64,000 nt of DNA. Source: Tepidisphaera sp. (GTDB lineage Bacteria; Planctomycetota; Phycisphaerae; Phycisphaerales; UBA1924). The first letter of the stretch is position 1. Every line of letters begins with the position of its first letter. The translations under genes were made by a program, and so were the position numbers. Below the pieces are notes generated by a model. The model ran no database searches and was not told the origin of the DNA. It was given only the letters and a program-made list of their open reading frames with translations. Positions 1 to 8,983 of the stretch are shown in pieces. Location: assembly GCA_050916045.1 (NCBI GenBank), contig CP051526.1:384001-448000 (forward strand), written 5' to 3'.

Positions 1-295
1 CGAGGTACCCCGAGATCTCGGAGAGGGCTTTGCCGTCCCCCGCTTCGCGGGCGGCTTGGACCCCGGTGATGAGGGTGGTTTGAAGATCGTCGCGGCGGCC
101 GAGTGCTTCGAGGGACCTTCCCTTGTGGAAGTAGGCGTAGCAGTAGAGCTTGTCAGCGGCGATGCAGCGGTCGAAGAAAGCCAGTGCTTCCTCGTGCTTG
201 CCAACCTTGGCGAGCTCGATCGCCATGGCGTAGAGGACGAAGGTGTCGGCGGGGTCCGCGGCGAGGAGTCGCTGGAGTTGCTGGATCGAGGGCAT
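1..295 (-). CDS. Tetratricopeptide-repeat protein (runs off the left edge)
   Basis: Manual translation from ATG at 295: MPSIQQLQRLLAADPADTFVLYAMAIELAKVGKHEEALAFFDRCIAADKLYCYAYFHKGRSLEALG..., a TPR helix-pair pattern; not in ORF track because it has no stop in the window. Confidence 0.8.
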   Translation of the reverse strand, partial: MPSIQQLQRLLAADPADTFVLYAMAIELAKVGKHEEALAFFDRCIAADKLYCYAYFHKGRSLEALGRRDDLQTTLITGVQAAREAGDGKALSEISGYL

Positions 296-377
296 GCGGG
301 AACCGTACCGCGCCCGCCGCAGGCGGGGCGGCGATATATTTGACCCCCGGGACGAGCGCCCGGGTTTGGAGTCACGC

Positions 378-1256
378 ATGAGCACGATCAAGACGGTCGC
401 GGTGGTCGGTGGCGGGCAGATGGGCGGCGGCATCGCGCAGGTCGCGGCGGTCAGCGGCCATGCCGTGATTCTGTTCGACAAGTTCGCTCCGCAGCTCGAC
501 AAAGCCCGAAGCGACCACGGCAAGCGTCTGGCTCGCGAGGTCGAGAAAGCCAAGATGGACGCCGCCGCGAAGGACGCGGCGCTCGCCCGGATCAAGTACA
601 CCTCCAACCTCGCCGAGATCGCCGGCGCCGACATCGTGATCGAAGCGGTGGTCGAGGACGCGGGCGTGAAAGCCGACCTTTTCGGGCAGTTTGCCCGGAT
701 GTTCACGGGCGAACAGATCCTCGCCAGCAACACGAGCTCGATCAGCATCACCCAGATCGCCGCAGCGGCGGACAAAGCCGTCCCCGGGACGTCTTCGCGC
801 GTGATCGGCATGCACTTCTTCAACCCGGTCCCGATCATGAAGCTTGTCGAGGTGATCAACGGCCTGGAGACCTCCAAGCAGACGACCGAACGCGTGCTCG
901 CGTTGTCGACGGCGATGGGCAAAACCGCCGTTCCCGCCAACGACCGCCCGGGATTCGTGAGCAACCGCGTGCTGATGCCGATGATCAACGAGGCGTTCTA
1001 CGCGCTGATGGAGGGCGTCGCCGAGCCCAAGGACATCGATGAGATCATGAAGCTGGGGTGCAACTTCCCGATGGGACCGCTGAACCTCGCGGACTTCATC
1101 GGGCTGGACACGTGCGTGCACATCATGGACGTGCTGGCCGATGGCTTGAACAACGACCGGTATCGCGCGTGCCCCCTGCTCAAGCAGCTGGTGACGGCGG
1201 GGCGGCTTGGCGTCAAGTCCGGCCGGGGCGTCTTCGACTATTCGAAGCGGGCCTAA
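378..1256 (+). CDS. hbd: 3-hydroxybutyryl-CoA / 3-hydroxyacyl-CoA dehydrogenase
   Basis: GGGQMGGGIA Rossmann motif, ILASNTSSISIT, GMHFFNPVP, PGFVSNR, PMGPLNLADFIGLD; start taken at ATG 378 after GGAG. Confidence 0.92.
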   Translation: MSTIKTVAVVGGGQMGGGIAQVAAVSGHAVILFDKFAPQLDKARSDHGKRLAREVEKAKMDAAAKDAALARIKYTSNLAEIAGADIVIEAVVEDAGVKADLFGQFARMFTGEQILASNTSSISITQIAAAADKAVPGTSSRVIGMHFFNPVPIMKLVEVINGLETSKQTTERVLALSTAMGKTAVPANDRPGFVSNRVLMPMINEAFYALMEGVAEPKDIDEIMKLGCNFPMGPLNLADFIGLDTCVHIMDVLADGLNNDRYRACPLLKQLVTAGRLGVKSGRGVFDYSKRA

Positions 1257-1329
1257 AGCCGCCGAGGGGACTCGAACCCCTGACCTGCGCTTTACAAAAG
1301 CGCTGCTCTACCAACTGAGCTAAGGCGGC
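1257..1329 (-). tRNA. tRNA-Thr (UGU), CCA not encoded
   Basis: Reverse complement GCCGCCTTAGCTCAGTTGGTAGAGCAGCGCT-TTTGTAA-AGCGCAGGTCAGGGGTTCGAGTCCCCTCGGCGGCT: cloverleaf with D arm, anticodon TGT, TTCGA T loop. Confidence 0.96.
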
Positions 1330-1612
1330 GAACCGACCGAGTGTAGTCGGGCGGGGGGCAAAGCGGCCATTTCAGGAGGTTGTCAGGGGCCGGGAGGGTC
1401 CGGCGGGGGTGCTGAAGGTCCGTTGGGGTGGAGTTCCGCCCGAAAATCGCCGATTCCCGGGAATTGAAGGGAACAAAGGCTAAACGCCTGCGTTATTCTG
1501 GTCTGGCGTCTCCGGTCCGGACCGGCGTGTTGTCCCGTTTCTCGGGAACGGTCTTGGGTTGGCGTATGTCCCAGTCTTCGGATTGGATCTTGGACAAGAG
1601 GAGTAGGTTCGT

Positions 1613-4420
1613 ATGAAGCACGGCAAAGCACGGTGGGTGGCACTCTCGGCGGCGGCGGTCTTCGCTTTCGCCGGCACATCGCTTGCGGCGGACAGGTCGG
1701 TCAGCGTGGACGGTGCGGCGGCGGCCCGCGACGGTGCGGCGTATCAGCAGCTCCAAAGCCAGGCTCCCGGCGTGCGGTTCCTCGTGATCAGCGAGTCGAT
1801 CCGCCGCGTGTACGGTCCGAACCTTGCGACGGGCACGGACGCGGTGACGTCGGCTTCGAACTTCCTCAGCAGTTACGCGAGCATGTTCGGCGTGTCGGCG
1901 GGCGATCTGGTTCCGTGGTCGCTTTCGAACAACGGCACGAACGTGACGCCGCTGATGCCGGACGATGAGGGCAACCTGCGGTTCAACCTGGTGACGTACG
2001 TGCAGACGCACGAGGGCATCCCGGTGTTCCGTTCCGACGTTCGCCTGCTGACGCGCAACACGCCCGAGAACGACCTGGTGTGGGTCGGCAACGCGCTGCG
2101 TCCGATCACGAACTTCACGGTGGATCAGGCGGTGCTGAACGCTCCCGCGCTGCAGGCGGCGGTCGCGGATGCGGAGCTTCGGTTCCCCGCGATCATCGGC
2201 GGTGAGATTACGCCGGCGGAACTGACGATCTGGACGGGCGTGGATGACAACCGCGAAGCCCCGCGTCTGGCGGTCTTCTTCACGGCGACGACGGCCGCCA
2301 AGCCGGGTGAAGACGGCTACGGCAAGTGGATCATCGTGGCCGATGCGGCGACGGGCCGGGTGATCTGGTCGGAGAGTCAGGTTCACAACGCGGATGTGAA
2401 CGGCCGCGTCACCGGGCTTTCGACCTCGGGCTTCAAGACCGCTGAGTGCAACCCCGAGGTGGACATGGGTCTGCCGTACGCGACGGTCGTGGCGGGCGGC
2501 GTTTCGACGTTCGCCGACGTCAACGGCAACTACTCGGTGACGGGCGCGCCGTCGGGCACGGTCTCGGTGACGACGAGCCCTCGCGGCCGGTTCTTCCGGA
2601 CGTTCGACCCGTCCGCCGATGTCGCGCTGACGTCGGCTTCGGGGTCGGGCACGGTGAACGTGCAGCTGAACGCGGCGAACAACGTCGAGCTCGTGCGAGC
2701 GGGCGTGAACGCGTACATCCAGGCGAACCTGATCCGTGATCTGGTGGTGACGGCTTCGCCGGCGTATCCGACGATCGCGGGGCAGACGAGCTTCCGGATC
2801 AACGTGGGCGTCGCGGGGACGTGCAACGCGTTCTATGACGGGTCATCGATCAACTTCTACAACGCGGGCGGCGGGTGTCACAACACGGCGTTCTTCGACG
2901 TGGTGCACCACGAGTACGGTCACCACGTGGTGGCGACGGGCGGCTCGGGCCAGGGCCAGTACGGCGAGGGCACGGGCGACTGCATGGGCGTGCTCATGGG
3001 CGACCAGCCGATCCTGGGCTTTGGTTTCCAGAGCAACTGCAACGCCGGCATTCGAACGGCGAACAACAACCTGCAGTATCCGCAGGATCCCAACTCGGTG
3101 CCGATCCACACGGCGGGCCAGCTGATTTCGGGCTGCCTGTGGTCGACGCGGAACGAGCTTGTGGCGACGGGTGTTCCGAACTACCGGACGCTCTTGGCGA
3201 GGCTTTGCGTGAACGCGGTTCCGCTGCACCAGGGCAGCACGATCGCGCCGGACATCACGGTGGACTGGCTGACGCTGGATGACAACGACGGCAACATCAA
3301 CAACGGCACGCCGCACTACCAGCAGATCAACGCGGGGTTCACGGCGCACAACATGGACGGCCCGGCGCTCCAGCTCATCGATTTCGCGTTCCCCGAGGGT
3401 CGTCCGGCGTCGCTTTCGCCGAATCGCGCGACGGAGATCCGCGTGAATGTGACGCCGGTGGCCGGGACGCCGGTGGACAACACGGGCCGGTTCACGTACC
3501 GCGTGGGCTCGGGTCCGGACACGACGGCCGCGATGACGCGGATCGGCGTGAACCAGTACATCGCGACGATCCCGGCGCAGGCTTGCGGTTCGCAGGTGAC
3601 CTACTCGTTCTCGGCGCAGGCCGTGGGCGGGTCGACGGTGGTTTCTCCGGCGGGTGCTCCGGGGAACGGGTATCGTGCGACGGCGGCGTTCGGCACGATC
3701 GTCCGGTTTGCGGACAACTTCCAGCTCAATCGGGGCTGGACGGTTGCGACGACGGCGGTCGACGGCCCGTGGGGCCGCGGCGTTCCGGTGGCCGAGACCG
3801 ATCCGACCCGCGCGAGCGCGGTGCCGGCGGCGGACTTTGACGGCTCGGGCATCTGCTACCTGACGGACAATGTCGCGGGCAACTCGGACGTTGACGACGG
3901 CACGACGACGCTGACGAGCCCGGTGATGAACGCGACCGGGTCGGCGGTGATCTCGTACGCTCGCTGGTATTCCAACCACGTCGGCGCGGCTCCGGAATCC
4001 GACACGTTCGTCGTCGAGATCTCGGGCGACAACGGCGCGACCTGGACCAATCTCGAAACCGTCGGCCCTGCGGGCGCAGAGGTTCGCGGCGGATGGAACC
4101 TCCGGTCCTTCCCGGTCCCGGCGGCGCAGTCCACCAGCCAGTTCCGCATCCGGTTCATCGCGTCCGACGCGACTCCGGGCTCGGTGGTGGAAGCGGCGGT
4201 TGACAACGTGACGCTCACGGTCGTCGACTGCACGCCTCCGGCCTGCCCGGCGGACTTCAACAGCGACGGGTTTGCCGACTTCTTCGACTACGACGCGTAC
4301 GTCGAGTGCTTCGAGACGGGCATCTGCCCGCCCGGCAAGTCGGCGGACTTCAACGGTGACGGCTTCGCTGACTTCTTCGACTACGACGACTTTGTCTTCG
4401 CTTTCGAAGCCGGCTGCTGA
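1613..4420 (+). CDS. Secreted M4/M36-like zinc metallopeptidase with propeptide, beta-sandwich domains and C-terminal Gly-Cys dockerin-like module
   Basis: Signal peptide; FTP/PepSY-like propeptide (..VADAATGRV); HHEYGH plus downstream GEGTGD third ligand; tail CPADFNSDGFADFFDY...DFNGDGFADFFDYDDFVFAFEAGC. Confidence 0.85.
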   Translation: MKHGKARWVALSAAAVFAFAGTSLAADRSVSVDGAAAARDGAAYQQLQSQAPGVRFLVISESIRRVYGPNLATGTDAVTSASNFLSSYASMFGVSAGDLVPWSLSNNGTNVTPLMPDDEGNLRFNLVTYVQTHEGIPVFRSDVRLLTRNTPENDLVWVGNALRPITNFTVDQAVLNAPALQAAVADAELRFPAIIGGEITPAELTIWTGVDDNREAPRLAVFFTATTAAKPGEDGYGKWIIVADAATGRVIWSESQVHNADVNGRVTGLSTSGFKTAECNPEVDMGLPYATVVAGGVSTFADVNGNYSVTGAPSGTVSVTTSPRGRFFRTFDPSADVALTSASGSGTVNVQLNAANNVELVRAGVNAYIQANLIRDLVVTASPAYPTIAGQTSFRINVGVAGTCNAFYDGSSINFYNAGGGCHNTAFFDVVHHEYGHHVVATGGSGQGQYGEGTGDCMGVLMGDQPILGFGFQSNCNAGIRTANNNLQYPQDPNSVPIHTAGQLISGCLWSTRNELVATGVPNYRTLLARLCVNAVPLHQGSTIAPDITVDWLTLDDNDGNINNGTPHYQQINAGFTAHNMDGPALQLIDFAFPEGRPASLSPNRATEIRVNVTPVAGTPVDNTGRFTYRVGSGPDTTAAMTRIGVNQYIATIPAQACGSQVTYSFSAQAVGGSTVVSPAGAPGNGYRATAAFGTIVRFADNFQLNRGWTVATTAVDGPWGRGVPVAETDPTRASAVPAADFDGSGICYLTDNVAGNSDVDDGTTTLTSPVMNATGSAVISYARWYSNHVGAAPESDTFVVEISGDNGATWTNLETVGPAGAEVRGGWNLRSFPVPAAQSTSQFRIRFIASDATPGSVVEAAVDNVTLTVVDCTPPACPADFNSDGFADFFDYDAYVECFETGICPPGKSADFNGDGFADFFDYDDFVFAFEAGC

Positions 4421-4446
4421 TCGCGGCTGAAGGTCGAGAGAACATC

Positions 4447-4476
4447 AAACCCCCGGGCCCGTGCCCGGGGGTTTTT
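4447..4476 (+). terminator. Intrinsic terminator between convergent peptidase and ppx
   Basis: AAACCCCCGGGC-CCGT-GCCCGGGGGTTTTT hairpin with U tract. Confidence 0.8.
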
Positions 4477-4514
4477 CATTGGTCGGATTGGTTGCGAGCT
4501 TTCGTGAAGACGCT

Positions 4515-6101
4515 TCAAGCCGAGACGCGCTTGGCGGCTTGCACGCGGATCTTCAGGCCGAGCACGGCCGCGAGCACGTCGGACTTGGCGCGGGCGGCGC
4601 GGAGTTCACGCGAGAGGTCGGCTTTCGGCGATGCCGGCTCGGCGGCCACCGTCACCGATCCCTTCCGAACCTCGACGGCAAGGCCGCGAGCCAGAGCTTG
4701 GTGCGAGCGGTCCAGGCCGTCGGCGACGCGAAGGACCCCCGCGAGCACACGCACGAGGTGCTGATCGCGAGCGGAGAGGGCCGCGAAAGCGGCGTGCTTG
4801 GTGCTCGGGCCGATCCGCCGGTGGTACCGGACGATGTTGGCGAGCACGAGCAGGTCGCGGCGGGAGAGGTGCTGGATATCCGAGCTCAGAATGATGTCGC
4901 GGCTGTGCTTGTGATGCTTGGCGTACCCCACGATCGTGCCGACGTCGTGAAGGACGCATGCGGCTTCGAGAAGCGTCACCGCCCGGGGCTCGTGCCGAAG
5001 TGTCTCTCGCACGGGCCGCAAGTCCGCCAGGGCGGCCAGAAGCGGGCCGGCGAGCGTGGCGACATGCTCGGCGTGGGCTTTCTCGTACTTGGCGCGGACG
5101 GCGAAATCGCGGACCGCGACAAGCACATCGGGCATCGGTGTCAGCACGCGATCCGCGAGCGACCAGCAGAGGCCCTCGCGCAAGCCGCCCGAATGCGAGT
5201 GCACGACGCGGATGCCGAAGTGTTCGGTGAGGCGTTCGAGCACGACAAGGCCGGCGAACAGGATCGGGGCGCGGTCGGGCGAAGCGCCTTCGGCGAACGG
5301 CGGGAGGTTCGGAGCCGCATCGCGGAACGCTTGCACCATGGCTTTGAGCGTGCGATGATCGACGGCGGTGTCGGTCTTGCGGCGCGAGCCCGTTTCTTCG
5401 CGGTGTGCCTGCGCGAGGTACGCGACGGACGTCACGGCGCCGCCGGTGCCGACGAGGATCCTGGGCTTGATGGGTGTCGCGGCGAGCTTGGACTCGAGCT
5501 GGTCGTCGATGAACCGGCAGAGCTTGGGAAACGCTTTGGTCGCCATGGCGACCCAGCCGCCGAACTGGTCGGACAGGCGGACCGCGCCGAGGGGCATGGA
5601 GACGACGCGAGCCGCGACGCCGTGCGTGCTCAGGATGACCTGAGCGGACCCGCCGCCGATGTCGATGGAAGCCGCAGGGACCTCGGCGACGTCGAACCTC
5701 CGGGCGAGAGAGAGGTAGGCGAGGGCACCCTCTTCATCTCCCGAGATGAGGTCGACTTCCAAGCCGGTCTCTCGGTGCACGCGTTCGAGGAAAGCCCGGC
5801 CGTTGCGAGCTTCGCGAACGGCGGCGGTTGCGACGATGCGTACGGCGTTGATCCCGGGCTTGCGAGCGGCTTTGGCGAAGGTCCCGAGGGCTTCGACGGA
5901 GGACGCGATGCCTGCGGGGTTGAGGAGGCCGGTGTCGGCGAGCCCCTTGCCGAGTTGGGTGGCGACGCGGTCGTCGCGCAGGACCTTGAACCCACCGGCT
6001 TTGGTGATGTCCGCGATCATGAGGCGGACGGCGTTGCTCCCGACATCAAGAGCGGCGACGCGGGCTGGCTTTGCTTTCGTTCGGGTCGCCACGGGGGCCA
6101 T
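4515..6101 (-). CDS. ppx: Ppx/GppA family exopolyphosphatase with C-terminal HD domain
   Basis: ALDVGSNAVRL, ATAAVREA, ISGDEEG, DIGGGSAQ, GLREG, then LHDVG...HHKHS...RYHR...LRVADGLD. Confidence 0.9.
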   Translation of the reverse strand: MAPVATRTKAKPARVAALDVGSNAVRLMIADITKAGGFKVLRDDRVATQLGKGLADTGLLNPAGIASSVEALGTFAKAARKPGINAVRIVATAAVREARNGRAFLERVHRETGLEVDLISGDEEGALAYLSLARRFDVAEVPAASIDIGGGSAQVILSTHGVAARVVSMPLGAVRLSDQFGGWVAMATKAFPKLCRFIDDQLESKLAATPIKPRILVGTGGAVTSVAYLAQAHREETGSRRKTDTAVDHRTLKAMVQAFRDAAPNLPPFAEGASPDRAPILFAGLVVLERLTEHFGIRVVHSHSGGLREGLCWSLADRVLTPMPDVLVAVRDFAVRAKYEKAHAEHVATLAGPLLAALADLRPVRETLRHEPRAVTLLEAACVLHDVGTIVGYAKHHKHSRDIILSSDIQHLSRRDLLVLANIVRYHRRIGPSTKHAAFAALSARDQHLVRVLAGVLRVADGLDRSHQALARGLAVEVRKGSVTVAAEPASPKADLSRELRAARAKSDVLAAVLGLKIRVQAAKRVSA

Positions 6102-6323
6102 GCTTCAAATCGTACTGATTCCGCCGCGGTTCGGGAAGTCTCGGAGTGTGAAGATTGGCGGGCCGACGGGTCATGAAACGCGCTTCAGTCGGCTGCCGGG
6201 AGCGGGTTGGAGGTGTACGATGCCGCCCGCTCCTCGCAGGAGAGCAGGTCGACCTTGGTGCCCGCGCGGGCCGTCCGCGCGTGTGGGTTTGACCTCCGGC
6301 GGTGAGCTCAGGAAGGGATCCCC

Positions 6324-6680
6324 ATGGCCGACAACCCCCAGCCCGAACAGCGTCAACCCCAGCTCCGGATCGACCCCAGCCGGATGACGACGACCTACGC
6401 CAACACGGTCGTGACCAGCTACACCCCCGAGGAGGTGTTCCTGGACTTCGGGATCCACCAGCCCGCCCAGGGCCCCGGTGGCGAGCCGGTCATCAACATC
6501 GCGATCGGAAGCCGCTGCGTCATGACCTGGGTCGGCGCCAAGCGGGCCGCCATCAGCCTCTACAACCTCATCCGCCAGTACGAGCAGGCCAACGGCGAGA
6601 TCAACGTCGGGCCCAAGGCTCCGGCCGGTGGCGCGAATGCGGGCGGTGGGGCCGGCGGCGGTCCTCGCCTCGTCCAGTAA
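6324..6680 (+). CDS. DUF3467-like small conserved protein
   Basis: TTYAN...TPEEVFLDFG...AKR...YEQANGEI pattern. Confidence 0.75.
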   Translation: MADNPQPEQRQPQLRIDPSRMTTTYANTVVTSYTPEEVFLDFGIHQPAQGPGGEPVINIAIGSRCVMTWVGAKRAAISLYNLIRQYEQANGEINVGPKAPAGGANAGGGAGGGPRLVQ

Positions 6681-6749
6681 CCTCTGGCGATTGAAATCAA
6701 GTGCAGACCACGCTCCTCGCCGCCGACCTATGCGGCGAGGAGTTCTTTT

Positions 6750-7244
6750 TTGGCCGACCACGCCTCGTCATCCTTCGATTCCATCGCCGAGCCGTCGCCC
6801 TTCGCCGCCGGGCCGTACACCGAGCACTTGGCCAGGGTTCGGGAGCATTTCCGGTCGCTCAAGCCGCGCCGGGCTCTGCTCGCCGAGCTGGTGGTGCACC
6901 GGCTGGCTTCCCGATCGCTGGCGGCGCGGAAGTTCACGGCGGGGCGGGAAGCGAAACTGGCAAGCGATCTGGTGCGGACGCTCCGAGCGGTCGTGTACGC
7001 GAGCGCGAGTTATGCGGAGTGGTCGGAGGGGCTGCTCCGCCTCGCCCGCGTACACGCCGCTTCGGGAGCGACCCTGGAGCACTACCGCGAGTTCCGGACG
7101 GTCTTCCTGCACGCCTTGAGCGAGCTTGAGGGATCCGCGTGGAGCCAGAGCGGGCTTGGGGAATCGTGGAGCGTGTTCTTTGACGCGGCGATGGGACACC
7201 TCTCGCGCGTGCTCTTCCATGAGCAGAGCCGCGCGGCCGCATAG
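6750..7244 (+). CDS. Divergent single-domain globin-like protein
   Basis: LLRLARVHAASGATLEHY...ALSELEGSAW...ESW matches globin F-G-H helices with proximal His; TTG start 7 nt after AGGAG. Confidence 0.6.
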   Translation: MADHASSSFDSIAEPSPFAAGPYTEHLARVREHFRSLKPRRALLAELVVHRLASRSLAARKFTAGREAKLASDLVRTLRAVVYASASYAEWSEGLLRLARVHAASGATLEHYREFRTVFLHALSELEGSAWSQSGLGESWSVFFDAAMGHLSRVLFHEQSRAAA

Positions 7245-7261
7245 CGAGGGTCCGCCTCGCT

Positions 7262-7816
7262 CTATCGCGATGCCGCTGCGCCGGCGTTCGCCGAACCGTA
7301 CTCGATGTACTCGATCGTCTGCATTTGTGCAAGCACGTCGTCCCAGCTTGGGGGCGCGGAGTCGGTCGGGTGCTCGAATCGAAGGAACTTTCCTCGCAGC
7401 ACGCCTCCCAAGCCCTTGCGGACGGCTTCCCGATGGAGCGGCGACCTTACGAAGCTGTTGAGGGCTGGTTCATCCCGCCAGACGGTCATTGTCCACATCT
7501 TGTTCCCAAGCAGCTTGGCCCGCACCGAATGCCCGATGTAGCCGTCATTCTGGGGGAGGCTCTCGACGACCTTGCGTGAGTAGTCGTCAAAGGTGCCGCG
7601 AGACGAGTTGTCGAGCACGGCGTAGGTGACGGCAACCCAGACCGTCGGTCCCGCGCCCGGAAGGATGACACCGTCAGGTCTCGCGTAACCCGGCCCGCGG
7701 AACGGGGTCGCGACCTCGCAGCTTGGCAGGGTTAGCAGGGCGACAGCGCTCGCAGCCAGCCCGACAGCGAGGGTGATGGTTCGGGCAAGTAGCTTGGGGC
7801 TTCGAGGTGAACGCAT
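7262..7816 (-). CDS. DUF3291 / ABM-like dimeric alpha-beta barrel protein, probable lipoprotein
   Basis: GYIGHS...WTMTVWRDEPALNSFVRSPLHREAV...PPSW; N-terminal hydrophobic stretch ending LPSC; start uncertain (7816 or 7834). Confidence 0.65.
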   Translation of the reverse strand: MRSPRSPKLLARTITLAVGLAASAVALLTLPSCEVATPFRGPGYARPDGVILPGAGPTVWVAVTYAVLDNSSRGTFDDYSRKVVESLPQNDGYIGHSVRAKLLGNKMWTMTVWRDEPALNSFVRSPLHREAVRKGLGGVLRGKFLRFEHPTDSAPPSWDDVLAQMQTIEYIEYGSANAGAAASR

Positions 7817-7834
7817 TGGAACAGCGTAGTGCAT

Positions 7835-7855
7835 TCACTTGCAAAATGCAAGTGA
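7835..7855. promoter_or_regulatory. Perfect 9-bp inverted repeat, candidate operator
   Basis: TCACTTGCA-AAA-TGCAAGTGA, AT-rich, just upstream of the 7262-7816 gene. Confidence 0.55.
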
Positions 7856-8034
7856 CGAAGGGAACATGATTCATCCTCCGAAGGGTGCGCAATAGTCGAA
7901 CGATGTGGGGATGCTGGTCACGGTGAGGCCGACAGGTGCCGCCGGCGAGTCATGTCGCGTCAGCGTGAAGGCCGCATAGCTCGTACGGAGTCCTCGCGAG
8001 GACCGCCCCTGCGGGCCGGTCCTCGCCACCCGAT

Positions 8035-8949
8035 CTACTTCAAAAACTCCCACGGCTCGCCCGGCGTGTAGCCGACCAGTTCGTAAAGCTCTTTCCGCGT
8101 CTGCATCTGGCTCAGGAAGGGTTCCACGCTGCCGCTGGCTTTGAGCTGCTGCAGCGCCCGCGTGACCGCGCCCATCGCAACGCGGAGCAGGCTGACCGGA
8201 TAGATCACGCAGTGGTACCCCATGTCCGCGAACTTGCTCAGCGGGATCAGCGGGGTCTTGCCGAACTCGGTCATGTTCGCGAGGAGGTAAACACGGCGGT
8301 CGCTCGGGACGAGCGCGAGCAGCTCGGCCGCGAATTTGGCGAATTCATCCTCGCTCGCGAGGCCTTCGGGGAAGATCATGTCCGCGCCGGCATCGACGTA
8401 GACCTTGGCTCGCTCGACGGCCGAGCCGAAGCCCTCGACGCCGCGGGCGTCGGTGCGGGCGCAGACCACGAAGTCGCGGAACGCGTCGCTGGCGCTCCGG
8501 GCGCGGGCGGCCCACTCGACCTTCTCGGCCATGTGGTCGGTGGGGACGAGCTCCTTGCCGTCGAGGTGGCCGCAGCGCTTGGGGAACTTCTGGTCTTCGA
8601 GGTGGAGGCCCGCGGCGCCGGCTCGGGCGTACTCGATCACCGTGCGACGGACCATCTCGGCTTCGCCGAACCCGGTGTCGGCGTCGGCGAGCACGGGCAA
8701 GCCGGACCCATCGGCGACCTCGCGGATCACGCGGCAGAAGTGTTCAAGGGTGAGCAGGCCGACGTCCGGCACTCCGGCGGAGACGCTGGTCGCGGCTCCG
8801 GAGACGTAGCAGGCTTGGAACCCGGCTTGGGCGATCGCCCGGGCGCAGAGAGCGTTGAAAGCTCCCGGAGCGGCGGTGCACCCGGCGTCCATGAGTTCGC
8901 GGAACCGCGTCCCGGCGGAGCGTGAATCGTCGAAGAAGTCGTTGGTCAT
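8035..8949 (-). CDS. prpB: 2-methylisocitrate lyase (ICL/PEP mutase family)
   Basis: DADTGFG, EDQKFPKRCGHL, ARTDAR, LANMTEFGKTP. Confidence 0.88.
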   Translation of the reverse strand: MTNDFFDDSRSAGTRFRELMDAGCTAAPGAFNALCARAIAQAGFQACYVSGAATSVSAGVPDVGLLTLEHFCRVIREVADGSGLPVLADADTGFGEAEMVRRTVIEYARAGAAGLHLEDQKFPKRCGHLDGKELVPTDHMAEKVEWAARARSASDAFRDFVVCARTDARGVEGFGSAVERAKVYVDAGADMIFPEGLASEDEFAKFAAELLALVPSDRRVYLLANMTEFGKTPLIPLSKFADMGYHCVIYPVSLLRVAMGAVTRALQQLKASGSVEPFLSQMQTRKELYELVGYTPGEPWEFLK

Positions 8950-8983
8950 GGCGGAGGATAAGGCCGCCGAAACCCGCTCGGCT

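Noticed and set aside
4461..6176. 571-aa plus-strand ORF, and similar shadows at 22317-23864, 28054-30810, 34436-36955 and 47088-49136
   Set aside because: Each overlaps a well-supported gene on the opposite strand
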